Below are positions 24,110-36,857 of a DNA stretch of 64,000 bases, piece by piece. The position numbers and the translations under genes are program-made. This DNA is from Heterodontus francisci (lineage: Eukaryota). Position 1 is the first letter of the stretch. Each line of letters begins with the position of its first letter. Where the stretch lies: the NCBI RefSeq assembly GCF_036365525.1, contig NC_090374.1:76095699-76159698 (forward strand). The letters are read 5' to 3'. A model generated the notes under the pieces. The model saw only the letters and a list, made by a program, of their open reading frames with translations, was not told the DNA's origin and ran no database searches.

Positions 24110-25050
24110 GAATTAGACCAGTGAGGGAGTTTGGTAAGGAAGGGCACTATAGATTAAGAAAAAATTTGACTGCACTGAGAGCTGCTTTGAGTGCACAGAG
24201 TGTAGAGTGGGAGTTTGGTGCAAGAGGAAGGGGCTCCTTTCTTTCTTCTACCTTTTTTTCAGCCTCCAGTAGCTGCCTCTTTCTTCGGTACAGGAGAAGA
24301 AATTGATTGGTAACTGGTAAGTTATTTTACTTCTTATTGTAATAAAAAGTTTTTAAAGTTACGGTATGGCAGGTCAGCTCAGCCAAGTGGAATGTATGTC
24401 CTGCGTATGTGGGAAGTTATGGACGCACCACGTGTCCCAGACGAACACATCTGCAGGAAGTGTCACCGGCTGCACAAGCTTGAGCTCCGGATTCAGGAGC
24501 TTGAGCAGTGGCTGGAGTCACTGTTGTGTATCTGCGAGGCAGAGGACTACATGGATAACATGTATAGGGAGGTGGTCACATCACAGCTTAGGAGCATGCA
24601 GGCAGCAAGGGAATGGGTGATTGCCAGGCAGGCTGCGCAGGACTCCCCTGAGTCTATCTTGCTTGCTAATCGGGTTTCCATTTAGGATACTGGTGAGAGC
24701 AATGGTTCCTCAGGGGAGTGCAGCCAGAGCAAACTCTATGGAACCACAGGTGGCTCAGCTGCACAGGAGGGAAGGAAGAAGAGTGGAATTGCAATAGAGA
24801 TAAGGGATTCAGTAGTCGGGGAATCAGACAGGTATTTCTGCAGCAGTAAACGTGAATCCAGGATGGTGTGTTGTCTCCCTGGTGCCAGGGTCAAGGATAT
24901 CACGGAGCAGCTGCAGGACATCCTTCTGGGGGGGGGGGGGGGATGGGGGGAAAACAACCAGAGATCATGGTCCTCATTAGTACCAAAGACCAAGGTAGAA
25001 AGAGGGATGATGTCCTGAAAGCAGATTTTAGGGAGTTAGGAAGGAAAAGA
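24110..25050 (+). mobile_element. CR1 LINE 5' part (5' UTR and ORF1: Cys knuckle, leucine zipper, SGNH esterase start), 3' part lost
   Basis: MAGQLSQVECMSC/MWEV..HICRKCHRLHKLELRIQELEQWLESL; RDSVVGESDRYFC..MVCCLPGARVKDITEQLQ. Confidence 0.85.
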
Positions 25051-26384
25051 TTCTGCAATGTCTTTTATGTGGCAGGCTGGGATTTCTATCAATGCTACGG
25101 CCTCATGATGGCCCCATCCCAGATGCGGGAGATGGGCTCAGTACCATAATAGGTTCTGTGCCCACGTCTGTGCTGATGCAACAAGGACATCCACCCTGCT
25201 GAAGCAGATGAAAGTTGGAGCGGCATCTTGCCACTCCAAAAGGAAGAGCCCGAAGCCCAGATTAGCTGAAGAAGAATTTTAATCATTTTTTGATTTTTTG
25301 ATCTGATCCCTGAAGTGACAGCAATCAGTCTTTCTGGGACTGCAATATAATGGAGCAGAAGGGCCCCTCCTTCTTCCATGAAATGCAAATCTATATTTAT
25401 TTATCAATGGTGTGAAAACTTGTCAGATCTGGATTCTGCCCCAAGATATGGCCCCCTCGATGACCCCCCCCCCCCTCAATACCACAGCCCCAACCATTGG
25501 AGAACTGCACACTTGGAATTCACAGATACATCTTTGTACAACATATGTGCAGTAGCTTTGAAGCCACATTCATAACTAACAAGAAGCTGCAAATGTGCAA
25601 ATCTCATTCTTATATTCTGTTGCCTGTAATTGGAGCTCCAAGGATTCCTAGGTAAACTTGGCACTTTCTTACTGTTTTTTCAGCTAATACCAGGAAAATG
25701 TTTTTGACTTAATGGTAATAAAATGCGACATCAGATTGCATTGAACTATTTTCACCAACTTCGGAAATCGTCCATGAAATGTTCTGTTGGCAGTCCACTG
25801 GTAAACTTTGCTTTTGAAGTTAGATAAGTTTGTGAGCTCATGGAAACAATTAGGACAGATGGAAAAATAAATATAAACTTGAAGTTTATAGATTACTTCT
25901 CTTCTGAGGGTTGTTCACGCAGAAAAAAAGTTTTGTTTTCCTAAGCTGTAAAGCATATCGCATATCAAGACATTCAGCTAACTGAGTCAACTGAGGAGAA
26001 AGTATAAAAAGCTATTCAAATCTGTAAGTGAGATAGAGTTCACACACTTTTGATAATATTAGAACTGAAGGATCAGGCATAATTCAGTCACCAAAGTCAC
26101 CACCTGTTCACTGAACACTTTCCTGAACTTGTATGGATATTCACATATTAACACTGAGCCACAAACTATAGTGTCACGCAAGACCATTTGTAGTAACTTG
26201 TTTTCTTGGCAGCAAAAAGAAAGTGACACGATTACCTAAATACAGTGCAATTTATGCTAAGATAATTTTTCTTGTAAGAACAACATTTTTCTTTGGCAAA
26301 ACGCAGTTAACCTTAACTCTAATTCTATTGTTATAGTACTTAAATCCCTGGGATAAGCTAAGTTTTGTCTTTGTGACAGTGTTA

Positions 26385-26628
26385 CAACAGGTACTTGGGA
26401 CTGTTATCTGTATTGTGCAAAGACTCTCTCGGACTGACCCAAGAGCTGTATAAATAGTCCCACTTTCTCCAAAGCTCTCCAAATGTTTTGTATTTGCCCA
26501 ATTCCCTTTTCAAAGTTACTATTGAATCTGCTTCCACCATCCTTTCTGAAAGCTCATTCCTCATCATAACAGCTCACTGTGTAAAAAAAAAACTCATCAT
26601 CTCTTCTCTAGTTCTTTTGCCAATTACC
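26385..26628 (-). mobile_element. CR1 3' tail fragment
   Basis: Reverse complement FFTQ*AV..NELSERMVEADSIVTLKRELGKY. Confidence 0.7.
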
Positions 26629-27071
26629 ATGGGCCGGATTTTTAAAGGCATCTGGGGGCAAGAGGGGGTGCACACATGATTTGAAGATCACATTCTCGGA
26701 GGTTGGCATTGGGTCCCACCATCTCCAGAACCTGAAACTATTTTTAAAGGGACGCTGGGAGGGAGGGAATGACAAGCCCACATTCCCCCAATTAATTGCC
26801 TGTTGAGCTCATTGTGGAGCTCGTTAATAGGCTTATCAACAGCAGTTTTGAATTTTTAATGGAAGGGCACGGGAAAAACATCATGTCTGGAACACGGCAA
26901 GGTGTAGAAGACATGAGCAATGTGGAGGGCCATGAGGGCTATAGGAAGGGCTGATTTACATAATGCAGAGTTCCAAAATAAATCTGAGCTGCTCCAAAAG
27001 TGCCACACAATAGCCCTTGCTAGAGTTGTAAGACTTGCTTTTCTCAATGCGGAGAAGCACAAATCTGGAGA

Positions 27072-27298
27072 GGGAGAGGAGTGGAGTCAGACCTATGAGG
27101 GAGCAGCTAAACAGCATGAGCAGATAAATACAGAGCCAGGCCCGGGGCCTGCAACTACCTTCGGGAGAGGAGTGGAGTCAGACCTGCGAGGGAGCCGCTA
27201 AACAGCAGGAGTGGATAAATACAGAGCCAGGCTCAGGGCCTGCACTTAGCTTCGGGACAGGAGTGGAGTCGGACCTGCAAGGGAGCACCTAGACAGTT
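27072..27298 (+). repeat. Tandem repeat of a 91-bp unit, about 2.5 copies, at the CR1 5' end
   Basis: GGGA(G/C)AGGAGTGGAGTC(A/G)GACCT starts at 27072, 27163 and 27254. Confidence 0.9.
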
Positions 27299-28020
27299 TC
27301 AGGAGTCAGTGCGTGTTGACTGAGTTTAAAAAAAATTCAAACAGTGACATCACAGAAAACTAAGGTGATTGGATGGTGAGTAACTGCTGTTAGGGAGTAT
27401 TTGTAAATATCTAGATCAGTACACCACTTTTAGGGTGTGTGTGTTAATAGGTAGAAATTAGAACAAAAATCTTAAAATTAAAATTTATGTAACTACCTTA
27501 TAATTAATTAAGGCACATAAGCAGAAGGGAAGTAAGAAGCTGGTGAGTCTGCTATTTTGTTTTATTTTTAAGAGGTAAGGATTATTGTATTACCAAGGTT
27601 TAAATTAGTGGAGTAAATGCTGGTGAGAAGTGCCATTAGCTAAAATATTAATTAAGTAAATAATTAATTAATTATTTAAAACACAATAAGATGACAGGGC
27701 AGGTGATGTGTTGCAGCTGCAGTATGTGGGAACTTGTGAACACCATGTCTGTAGTAAGTGTCTGTGGCTCGCGGAACTTCGGCTCAGAGCTAATGAGCTA
27801 TAGGCCAAGCTGCAGACACTGCAACACATCAGGGAGAGAGAAGTTATCCAGACACTTTGTACCAGGAAGTATTCACACCCATTAGCATTGGCTGTTCTGA
27901 TTTGGTCCATGGTCAGGGACAGGAGGGTGTGAGTGCAAGTGAGGCAGGTATGGGGACCCAGAACACAGAGGTGGAGGAGCCTCAGCCTTTCCAATTGTCT
28001 AACAGGTTCAAGGTTCTCTC

Positions 28021-28267
28021 TGTTAGTGTCTAATAAAGTTCTGTTGTTGGATGTTAAATACCTAGTAGTTGAAGGTAATAGGGGGAACAAGTGTTGGGTG
28101 TTGATTAGTTAATTGTACTCAGATGTATATATAAAGTAGAGGCAGCCAGCACTGGCTGGGGATTGTCAGGAGTGGGGAAGTAAGTTCTGTGGTAAGCAAT
28201 AGTCTCCACCAAAGCATCTGAGTCTCAGTATCTTCTTCACAAATAGGTTTAGAAGTTTTCTCTGACA
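28021..28267 (+). mobile_element. 247-bp solo LTR inserted in CR1 ORF1
   Basis: TGTTAG...CTGACA ends; exact 5-bp TSD CTCTC (28016-28020 and 28268-28272); TATATATAAA at about 28126. Confidence 0.82.
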
Positions 28268-28621
28268 CTCTCAACCTGTGTGGATGAAAGTAAGGGTTGC
28301 AAGGTGGATGAGTGAACTGAGCATAGCACCATGGCACAGGAAGCCATTCAAGTAGGGAGGGTAAATAGGAATGTAGTGGGAGCAGGGGAGAGCATAGTCA
28401 GGGGGATAGACACAGTTCTGTGCAGCTGAGAGTGATGGCTGTGTTGCCTGCCTGGTGCCAGGGTTGGGACATCTGCTCTGGGCAGTTGGAGGGAGAGGAT
28501 CCAATGGTTGTCGTCCATGTAGGTACCAATGACATAGGTAGAACTAGGAAAGAGGTTCTGCTGAGGGAGTATGAGGAGCTAGGTTCTAAATTAAAAAAGC
28601 AGAACTTCATAGGTAATAATC

Positions 28622-28697
28622 ATGGTTTCACAGGTTGGCGCAACATCGAGGGCCGAAGGGCCTGCACTGTGCTGTAATGTTCTAATTCTAATTCTAA
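28622..28697 (+). mobile_element. Ultra-short CR1 3' end (family of 43581-46862)
   Basis: Near-identical to 46789-46860. Confidence 0.9.
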
Positions 28698-30261
28698 TTA
28701 CCTGAGCCACATGCAAATTGGCATAGGGCAAATAAGATTAGATAAATGAATGTATGGCTCAAAGACCGGTGTGGTAGAAGTGAGTTTGGTTTTTCTGGGG
28801 CATTGACACCAGTACTAGGGAAAGTGGGGGCTGTACAGTGGGACAGTCTACACCTGAACCATGCTAGAACCAGTGTTTGAGCGAGCTGCATAACTAAGGA
28901 AGTAGAGAGGGTTTTAAACTAAATAGTGGGGACAAGGTATCAAATTTTGGAAGATGTGGGAAATCAAAGAGTAGAGACAAGGCAGGAGAGAAAGGTAATA
29001 ATATGGGAAATGATAAACAGACCGTGACAGGAAGGGACAGACAGTACAAATCTAAGAGTAAATCAGCAGATATGGCTAGAAGTTACAAAAATAATAAAAC
29101 TAAAGGCTGAATGCGCATAGCATTCAAAACAAAAGAGATGAACTGATAGTGCAGATAGAAATTAGTAGGTATGACCTGATAGCCATTACAGAGACATGGC
29201 TGCAGGATGACATAGATTGGGACCTGAATATTAAAGGGTACATGACATTTATGAAGGACAGAAAGCTAGGAAAAGGTAGAGGGGTGGCTCTGTTAATTAA
29301 TGATGGTATTAGCACAATAGAGGGATGACCTAGGTTCAGGAAACCAGGATATAGAAGTGGTTTGGGGCAAGATGAGAAATGGTAAAGGCAAGAAATCACT
29401 TATGGGAGTCGTGTACAGGCCCCCCCATCAGTAACCACAGGGTAGGATGAGATATAAAGGAAGAAATAATGGGAGCTTGTCAGAAAGGTACAGCAATATT
29501 CATGGAGGATTTTAATCTACAAAAAGACTGGAAAAATCAGATGGGCAAAGGTAGCTTGGATAAGGAGCTCATAGAATATGTTCGAGATAGTTTCTTATGA
29601 CAGCACGTTCTGGAGCCAACCAGAGAGCAGGCGAAACTAGACCTGGTATTGTTCAATGAGATAGGATTAATTAATCACCTCATGGTGAAGGCACCCCTAG
29701 GCAACAGCGATCATAATATGATTGAATTTTGCATTCAGTTTGAGGGAGAGAAGAGTGGGTCCAAGACAAATATTTTAAACTTAAATAAGGGCAATTCTGA
29801 GGTGATGAAAGCAGAGCTAGCTAAAGTGAACTGGCAAATCAGGTTAAGGGATAGATCAATAGAAGTAGTGGCAGACATTGAAGAGGATATTTCAGAATAC
29901 ACAGAATAGATACATTCCAATGAGAAAGAAAAATTCCAAGGGGAGGACCCACCATCCAAGGTTAACTAAAAAAGTTAAAGATAGTATCAAACTTAAAGAT
30001 AAAGCATATCATTGCGCAAAGATAGGTAGCAGGTCAGAAGGTTGGACAGAATATGAAGTACAGCAAAGAACAACTAAAAGATTAATGAGGAGGGAAAAAT
30101 TAGAGTACGAGAGAAAGCTAGCTAGAAATATAAAACAAATAGTAAGAGTTTCGATAGATACTTTAAAAAGAAGAGTTAAAAAAGTGAGCGTTGGTCCTAT
30201 AGAAATAATGGAAAATAAGAAGATGGACAATATCCAGACTTGGGCTGAATACTGGCAAGTA

Positions 30262-30364
30262 CCAGTTCTGATGAAGGGTCACTGACTTGAAATGTTAACT
30301 CTGCTTCTCTCTCCACAGATGCTGCCAGACCTGCTGAGTAATTCCAAAATTTCTTGTTTTTATT
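30262..30364 (+). ncRNA. Penelope-derived repeat with a minimal type I hammerhead motif (canonical core)
   Basis: AGTT-CTGATGA(30268-30274)-A-GGGTC-ACT-GACTT-GAAA(30289-30292)-TGT-T-AACT. Confidence 0.72.
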
Positions 30365-31632
30365 AAAGATGTTATAGCAGGGCACTTTGAAAAATTCAAG
30401 GTAATCAGGCAGAGTCAACATGGTTTTGTTAAACGGAAATCGCGTTTAACAAATTTATTGGAATTCTTTAAAGAAGTAACATGTGCTGTGGATAAAGGGG
30501 AACTGGTGGATGTACAGTGCTTAGATTTCCAGAAGGCATTTGATAAGGTGCCACATCAAAGGTTATGGCGGAAAATAAAAGCTCATGATGTAAGGGGTAA
30601 CATATTGGCATGGATAGAAGATTGGCTAGCTAACAGGAAACAGAGAGTAGGCATAAATGGGTCATTTTCTGGTTGGCAAGATGTAACTAGTGTTGTGCCA
30701 CAGGCATCAGTGCTGGAGCCTCAACGTTTTTCAATTTATATAAAATGACCTGAATGAAGGGACCGAAGGTATGGTTGCTAAATTTGCTAATGACACAAAG
30801 ATAGGTAGGAAAGTAAGTTATGAAGAGGACATAAGGAGGCTACAAAGGGATATAGACAGGTTAAGTGAGTGGGCAAAAACCTGGCAAATGGAGTATAATG
30901 TGGGAAAATGCGTAATTGTCCATTTTGGCAGGAAGAATAAAAAAGAAACATATTATCTAAATGGTGAGAGATTGCAAAGCTCTGAGATGCAGAGGGATCT
31001 GGGTGGCCCAGTGCATGAGTCGCAAAAGATTAGTGTGTAGGTACAGCACATAATTAGGAAAGCTAATAGAAAGTTATCATTTATTGCGAGGGGAATTGAA
31101 TACGAAAGTAGGGAGGTTATGTTACAGGACATCGGTGAGACCACATCTGGAGTACTGTGTACAGTATTGGTCTCCTTATTTAAGGAAGAATGTAAATGTG
31201 TTGGAAGCAGTTTAGGGAAGGTTTACTAGACTAATACCTGGAATGGGTGGATTGTCTTATGAGGAAAGACTGGACAGGCTAGGTTTGTATCCGCTGGAGT
31301 TTAGGAGAGTAAGAGGTGACTTGATTGAAACATATAAGATCCTGAGGGGTCTTGACAGGAAGGATGTGGAAAGGATGTTCCCTCTTGTGCGAGACTCTAG
31401 AACTAGGTGTCACTGTTTAAAAGTAAGGGGTTGCCCATTTAAGACAGAGATGAGGAGAACTTTTTTCTGAGGGTTGTGAGTCTTTGTAACTGTCTTCCTC
31501 AAAAGACGGTAGAATCAGTGTTTTTGAATACTTTTAAGGCAGAGGTAGATAGATTCTTGATAGACAAGGGGGTGAAAGGTTATCGAGGGTTGGTGGGAAT
31601 ATGGAGTTGAGGTTACAATCAGATCAGCCATT

Positions 31633-32115
31633 TTACAGAGCTGATGGCAGGGCAACACCCACTCTGAATGGGGAGACCGCTAGCTTAATGGAGGCAACAT
31701 CCCAGTGGCAGCCTGGGGGGGCCATCAGAGCTGGAGACTCCATGGCCCAAGGAGGGGGGCGTGGGTAGGGAAGGCAGCCCCCACGGCCCCAACCATCTCC
31801 CCAGAGGGGTTTGCACTCTGACCCCAACCCCCTGAATTTTTCCTGTTTTTGTTTTACTTACCTGTTGGAGGCCTGAGGTTTCCTGTCTTCCTCAGCAGTG
31901 ACCACCTCTCCATGTGCCACTGCTGAGGCTTCAGAGCTGTCGGCCCTCCGATTGGACTAGCAGCATCAGGGGCCTGTCTGCCATTCTTAATCCACAATTA
32001 GGAGGCCGCCTACAGTAAAATTACCAAGGGGATAGGGTGGGTCCCACTGCCAGCAAGTGTGGACATGCTTTTCAACCATCATTGGGGTCCTGAAGCCCTC
32101 AGTAACATTCAGGCC
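31633..32115. mobile_element. GC-rich MITE remnant (Harbinger-type)
   Basis: Shares blocks with 14600-14916 (CCCTCCGATTGG, CCATTCTTAAT); ends ATTCAGGCC. Confidence 0.5.
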
Positions 32116-32816
32116 AACATTTCCATATGTCAGTCAGTAACATTCTTGTTAGACAGTGATAGAGATAGGTAAAGGTATAATAAGCACTCATATTGTCTAC
32201 CTGTATACATAAAAATAAATTATATTAAATAGTACAGAAATTATTGTATTTACAATTTACAGTTTTCAAAACAAGAGTTAGGTAAAAAAAAAAAACTCTG
32301 GTGATTTTGGAGAAGAATCATGATATCCAGAGACACAGGGATAATACTTTTAACAAAATATATTTACTTTCTTCACTGATATGATTAGCACACGAGTAAA
32401 AGCTTGAGGAGGTCACGTAATTGGAGTAATACCAAGGGTGCATTCAAGGGCTCCCAAAAGCTGTATCCTGGAATAGTAGGATGTGAGTTCACATTTGCAG
32501 TACAGTTCTCAGTGAGTGAGTTCCCAGTATTTACCACTCTATTACTAGTACACTGTGAGCAGTGAGAGATACTTATCTAATGAGATGGGGGCAAATTTGA
32601 CATGGGCTGCTTTATGCACCTTCTTAACATCCAATGATAGAAAAGAGACCAGAGAGTAGGGTTTATGCCCCTATTTTAAATTGATAATTGTGCTTATCAA
32701 GGTGCAGGATCTCAATGCTGGGGAATGAAATTGTTTCCATTTCAGGCAACCAATGTCAGCATCAAGCCGGAGCACAGCCAGATGCCGAATTGTCCAATTA
32801 ATGTGCCTCAGTCTCA

Positions 32817-33345
32817 ATAACAAAAACAACTTGTATTTACATAGCCGCTTTAATACAGTAAAATGTCCGAAGGCACTTCACAGGAGCGTTAGCAAACAAA
32901 GTTTGACATTGAGCTGCATAAGGACATATTGGGGCAGATGGCCAAAAGATTGGTCAAAGAGGTAGGTTTTAAGGAGCACCTTAACGGAGGTAAGAGCGGT
33001 AAAGAATTGGAGAGGTTTTGAGAGGGAATTTTCGAGATTAGGGCCTTGGCAGCTGAAGTCATGGCTGCCAATTGTGGAGTAATTAAAATCAGGTAGGAGC
33101 AAAAGGCCAGAATTGGAGGAATGCAGATATCTTGGAGGGTTTTAGGGCTGGAGGAGATTACAGAGATTGGGGGTGTGGGGGGTGGCAAGGCCATAGAGGT
33201 ATTTGAAAACAAAGATGAGAATTTTACGATTAAGAAATCGCTTAACCGGGGGCCAATATAGGCCAGCAAGCACAGGGGTAATGGGTGAAGGGGACTTGGT
33301 GTGAGTTAGGCAATAGTTTTGGATGACCTCAGGTTTACAGAGGCA
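32817..33345 (-). mobile_element. L2 LINE 3' fragment
   Basis: Homologous to 10486-10990 and to the reverse complement of 58608-59082. Confidence 0.85.
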
Positions 33346-33800
33346 ACCTTGGGAAAACAGCCTTCCTTCACCAATGTGACATTTCCCCCCATTTCCAACA
33401 CAGAATTTTCTGAGTGAAATTGCTGATTGATTGATGAATTAATTAATCAATTTCTGTGCTGTTGATTCGTGCCCAATAGGGACTTGGATTGTGACTTCCC
33501 ATTTCACATAGAACCTTGCAGCCAGCTGATAGAGACTGGGCAGAGTTATGTCCTGGTGGCGAAAGATGAGTATCTATCCTATCCAGTTCCTCAGCTTCAT
33601 GCATCTGAAGAAACTAAAAAGAAATGTATGGGAGAAGAGCGTCTTTTTTCTAACAACATGGATCAATTAGTAGCAAAGGGCCAGCTGTTCTTTAAAATGC
33701 AAATGAAGCACAGGTGCATCAGTAAATATTAACCTACCACTTGCCATTGGTTGATATAATCGTAAATTCCAGACTTAAACAATGGTATTTGCTTTATGCA

Positions 33801-36800
33801 TCTTCTTTGGCCTCCTTATCTCGAGAGACAATGGGTAAGCGCCTGGAGGTGGTCAGTGGTGTATGGAGCAGCGCCTGGAGTGGCTATAAAGGCCAATTCT
33901 AGAGTGACAGACTCTTCCACAGGTGCTGCAGAAAGATTTGATTGTCGGGGCTGTTACACAGTTGGCTCTTCCCTTGCGCCTCTGTCTTTTTTCCTGCCAA
34001 CTGCTAAGTCTCTACGACTCGCCACACTTTAGCCCCGCCTTTATGGCTGTCCGCCAGCTCTGGCGAACGCTGGCAACTGACTCCCACGACTTGTGATCAA
34101 TGTCACAGGATTTCATGTCGCGTTTCCAGACGTCTTTAAAGTGGAGACATGGACGGCCGATGGGTCTGATACCAGTGGCGAGCTCGCTGTACAATGTGTC
34201 TTAGGGGATCCTGCCATCTTCCATGTGGCTCACATGGCCAAGCCATCTCAAGCCCCGCTGACTCAGTACTGTGTATAAGCTGGGGATGTTGGCCACCTCG
34301 AGGACTTCTGTGTTGGAGACACGGTCCTGCCACCTGATGCCAAGTATTCTCTGGAGGCAGCGAAGATGGAATGAATTGAGACGTCGCTCTTGGCTGACAT
34401 ACGTTGTCCAGGCCTCGCTGCCATACAGCAAGGTACTGAGGACACAGGCTTGATACACTCGGACTTTTGTGTTCCGTGTCAGTGCGCCATTTTCCCACAC
34501 TCTCTTGGCCAGTCTGGACATAGCAGTGGAAGCCTTTCCCATGCGCTTGTTGATTTCTGCATCTCGAGACAGGTTACTGGTGATAGTTGAGCCAAGGTAG
34601 GTGAACTCTTGAACCACTTCCAGAGCGTGGTGGCCAATATTGATGGATGGAGCATTTCTGACGTCCTGTCCCATGATGTTCATTTTCTTGAGGCTGATGG
34701 TTAGACTAAATTCATTGCAGGCAGCAGCAAACCTGTCGATGAGACTCTGCAGGCACTCTTCAGTGTGAGATGTTAAAGCAGCATCGTCAGCAAAAAGGAG
34801 TTCCCTGATGAGGACTTTCCGTACTTTGGACTTCGCTCTTAGACGGACAAGATTGAACAACCTGCCCCCTGATCTTGTGTGGAGGAAAATTCCTTCTTCC
34901 GAGGACTTGAACGCATGTGAAAGCAGCAGGGAGAAGAAAATCCCAAAAAGTGTGGGTGTGAGAACAGAGCCCTGTTTCATGCCACTCAGGATAGGAAAGG
35001 GGTCTGATGAGGAGCCACCATGTTGAATTGTGCCTTTCATATTGTCATGGAATGAGGTGATGATACTTAGTAGCTTTGGTGGGCATCCAATCTTTTCTAG
35101 TAGTCTGAAGAGACCACATCTGCTGACTAGGTCAAAGGCTTTGGTGAGATCAATGAAAGCAATGTAGAGGGGCATCTGTTGTTCGCGGCATTTCTCCTGT
35201 ATCTGACGAAGGGAGAACAGCATGTCAACGGTCGATCTCTCTGCATGAAAGCCACACTGTGCCTCAGGGTAGACGCGCTCAGCCAGCTTCTGGAGCCTGT
35301 TTAGAGCGACTCGAGCAAAGACTTTCCCCACTATGCTGAGCAGGGAGATTCCACGGTAGTTGCAGTCACCTCGGTCACCTTTGTTTTTATAGAGGGTGAT
35401 GATATTGGCATCGCGCATGTCCTGAGGTACTGCTCCCTCGTCCCAGCACAGGCAAAGCAGTTCATGTAGTGCTGAGAGTATAGCAGGCTTGGCACTCTTG
35501 ATTATTTCAGGGGTAATGCTGTCCTTCCCAAGGGCTTTTCTGCTGGCTAGAGAATCAATGGCATCACTGAGTTCCGATTTGGTTGGCTGTATGTCCAGCT
35601 CATCCATGACTGGTAGAGGCTGGGCTGCATTGAAGGCAGTCTCAGTGACAACATTCTCCCTGGAGTACAGTTCTCGGTAGTGCTCAACCCAGCGGTCCAT
35701 TTGTTTGCGTTGGTCAGTGATTATGTCCCCTGATTTAGATTTGAGGGGGGCAATCTTCTTGATGGTTGGCCCAAGAGCTCTCTTAATGCCATCATACATT
35801 CCTCTGATGTTTCCGGTGTCTGAGGCCAGCTGAATATGACTGCATAAGTGTTGCCAGTAGTCGTTTGCGCAGCGCCTGGCTGTTCTTTGTGCAGTGCTTC
35901 TGGCTGCTTTAAGTGCTACGGATGTTAACTCGCTGGGGGCTTTCTTGTCGTTCAACAGTGCAATGCGCTTAGCGGCTATGACAGGTTCCAGCTCTTCAAT
36001 ATGAGATTGAAACCAGTCTGCATTTCTCCTCGCACTTTTGCCGTAGGTGGTCAAAGCTGACTCATAGATGGCGTCTCTGATGTGGGCCCACTTGGTTTCA
36101 GCATCCCCTGTGGGAGTGTTTTGAAGGGCTGACACGAGTGAATTTAGAAATTTTTGTAACAGCTGTGGGTGAGAAATTCTGCTGGTGTTGATGTGCGGGT
36201 GGCCCTTCTGCTTGGAATGATGCAACTTCTTTGGTCTGAGTCTAACCTTGCTGCACACCAGGGAGTGGTCGGTGTCGCAGTCAACACTGTGGAAGCTGCG
36301 TGTGATTTGAACACTGTTTAAGGCGGCTCGCCTTGTGACAATGAGGTCTAGCTGGTGCCAACGACGTGATCTTGGGTGCCTCCATGAAAGCTGGTGACAG
36401 GGTTTAACGTGAAAGAATGAGTTGGTGATGCAGAGGTTATGATAGGTACACAACTCAAGCAGTCTTTGCCCATTCTCATTCATCCTTCCAACGCCATAGC
36501 GCCCAAGGCAGGAGGGCCATGAGTCATGGTCGGCCCCAACCCTGGCATTAAAGTCCCCCAGCAGGAATAGGTGCTCGGTGTTGGGGATGCTGCTAAAGAT
36601 GTTATGGAGTTCCTCGTAGAACTGATCTTTAGCTTCAGGTGGGGAGCAGAGTGTTGGAGCATAGATGCTGAGTAGGTGTACTGGGCCAGAGGTGGTGAGC
36701 ATTCGGATGGACAGTATGCATTCCGAGCCATTTGTGGGAGGCTCTATCATGCTGAGCAAGGAGTTTCTGATGGCGAAGCCCACTCCATGCTGTCTTGGTT

Positions 36801-36857
36801 CGTCAGGATCCCTGCCCTGCCAGAAGAAGGTGTAGTCTTGCTCTGCTAGAGATCCAC
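33801..36857 (-). mobile_element. RTE-clade LINE (BovB/AviRTE-like), 5'-truncated, young
   Basis: APE domain (HGVGFAI, YAPTL, GDFNARVG, DTDHSL), RT (NYRGISLLS, FIDLTKAFD, LLFADDAAL), C-terminal CxxC..H..C, (GAA)n tail. Confidence 0.95.
33853..36855 (-). pseudogene. RTE endonuclease/reverse transcriptase ORF with two nonsense codons
   Basis: One continuous frame. Stops at 34201-34203 and 34012-34014; natural stop at 33853-33855 by comparison with the copy ending at 52743. Confidence 0.9.

Larger units (their letters stand above)
27060..31632 (+). mobile_element. Near full-length degenerate CR1 LINE (5' UTR, ORF1 27691-28923, ORF2 about 29100-31570)
   Basis: ORF1 MTGQVMCCSCSMWELV..VVVHVGTNDIG; ORF2 APE domain (AITETWLQ, LGNSDHNMIEF) and RT (LDFQKAFDKVPH, VPQASVL, KFANDTK); many disablements and three nested inserts. 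Confidence 0.9.

Noticed and set aside
27072-27298. CRISPR-like array
   Set aside because: The whole 91-bp unit repeats with no unique spacers, there are no cas genes, and the context is eukaryotic.
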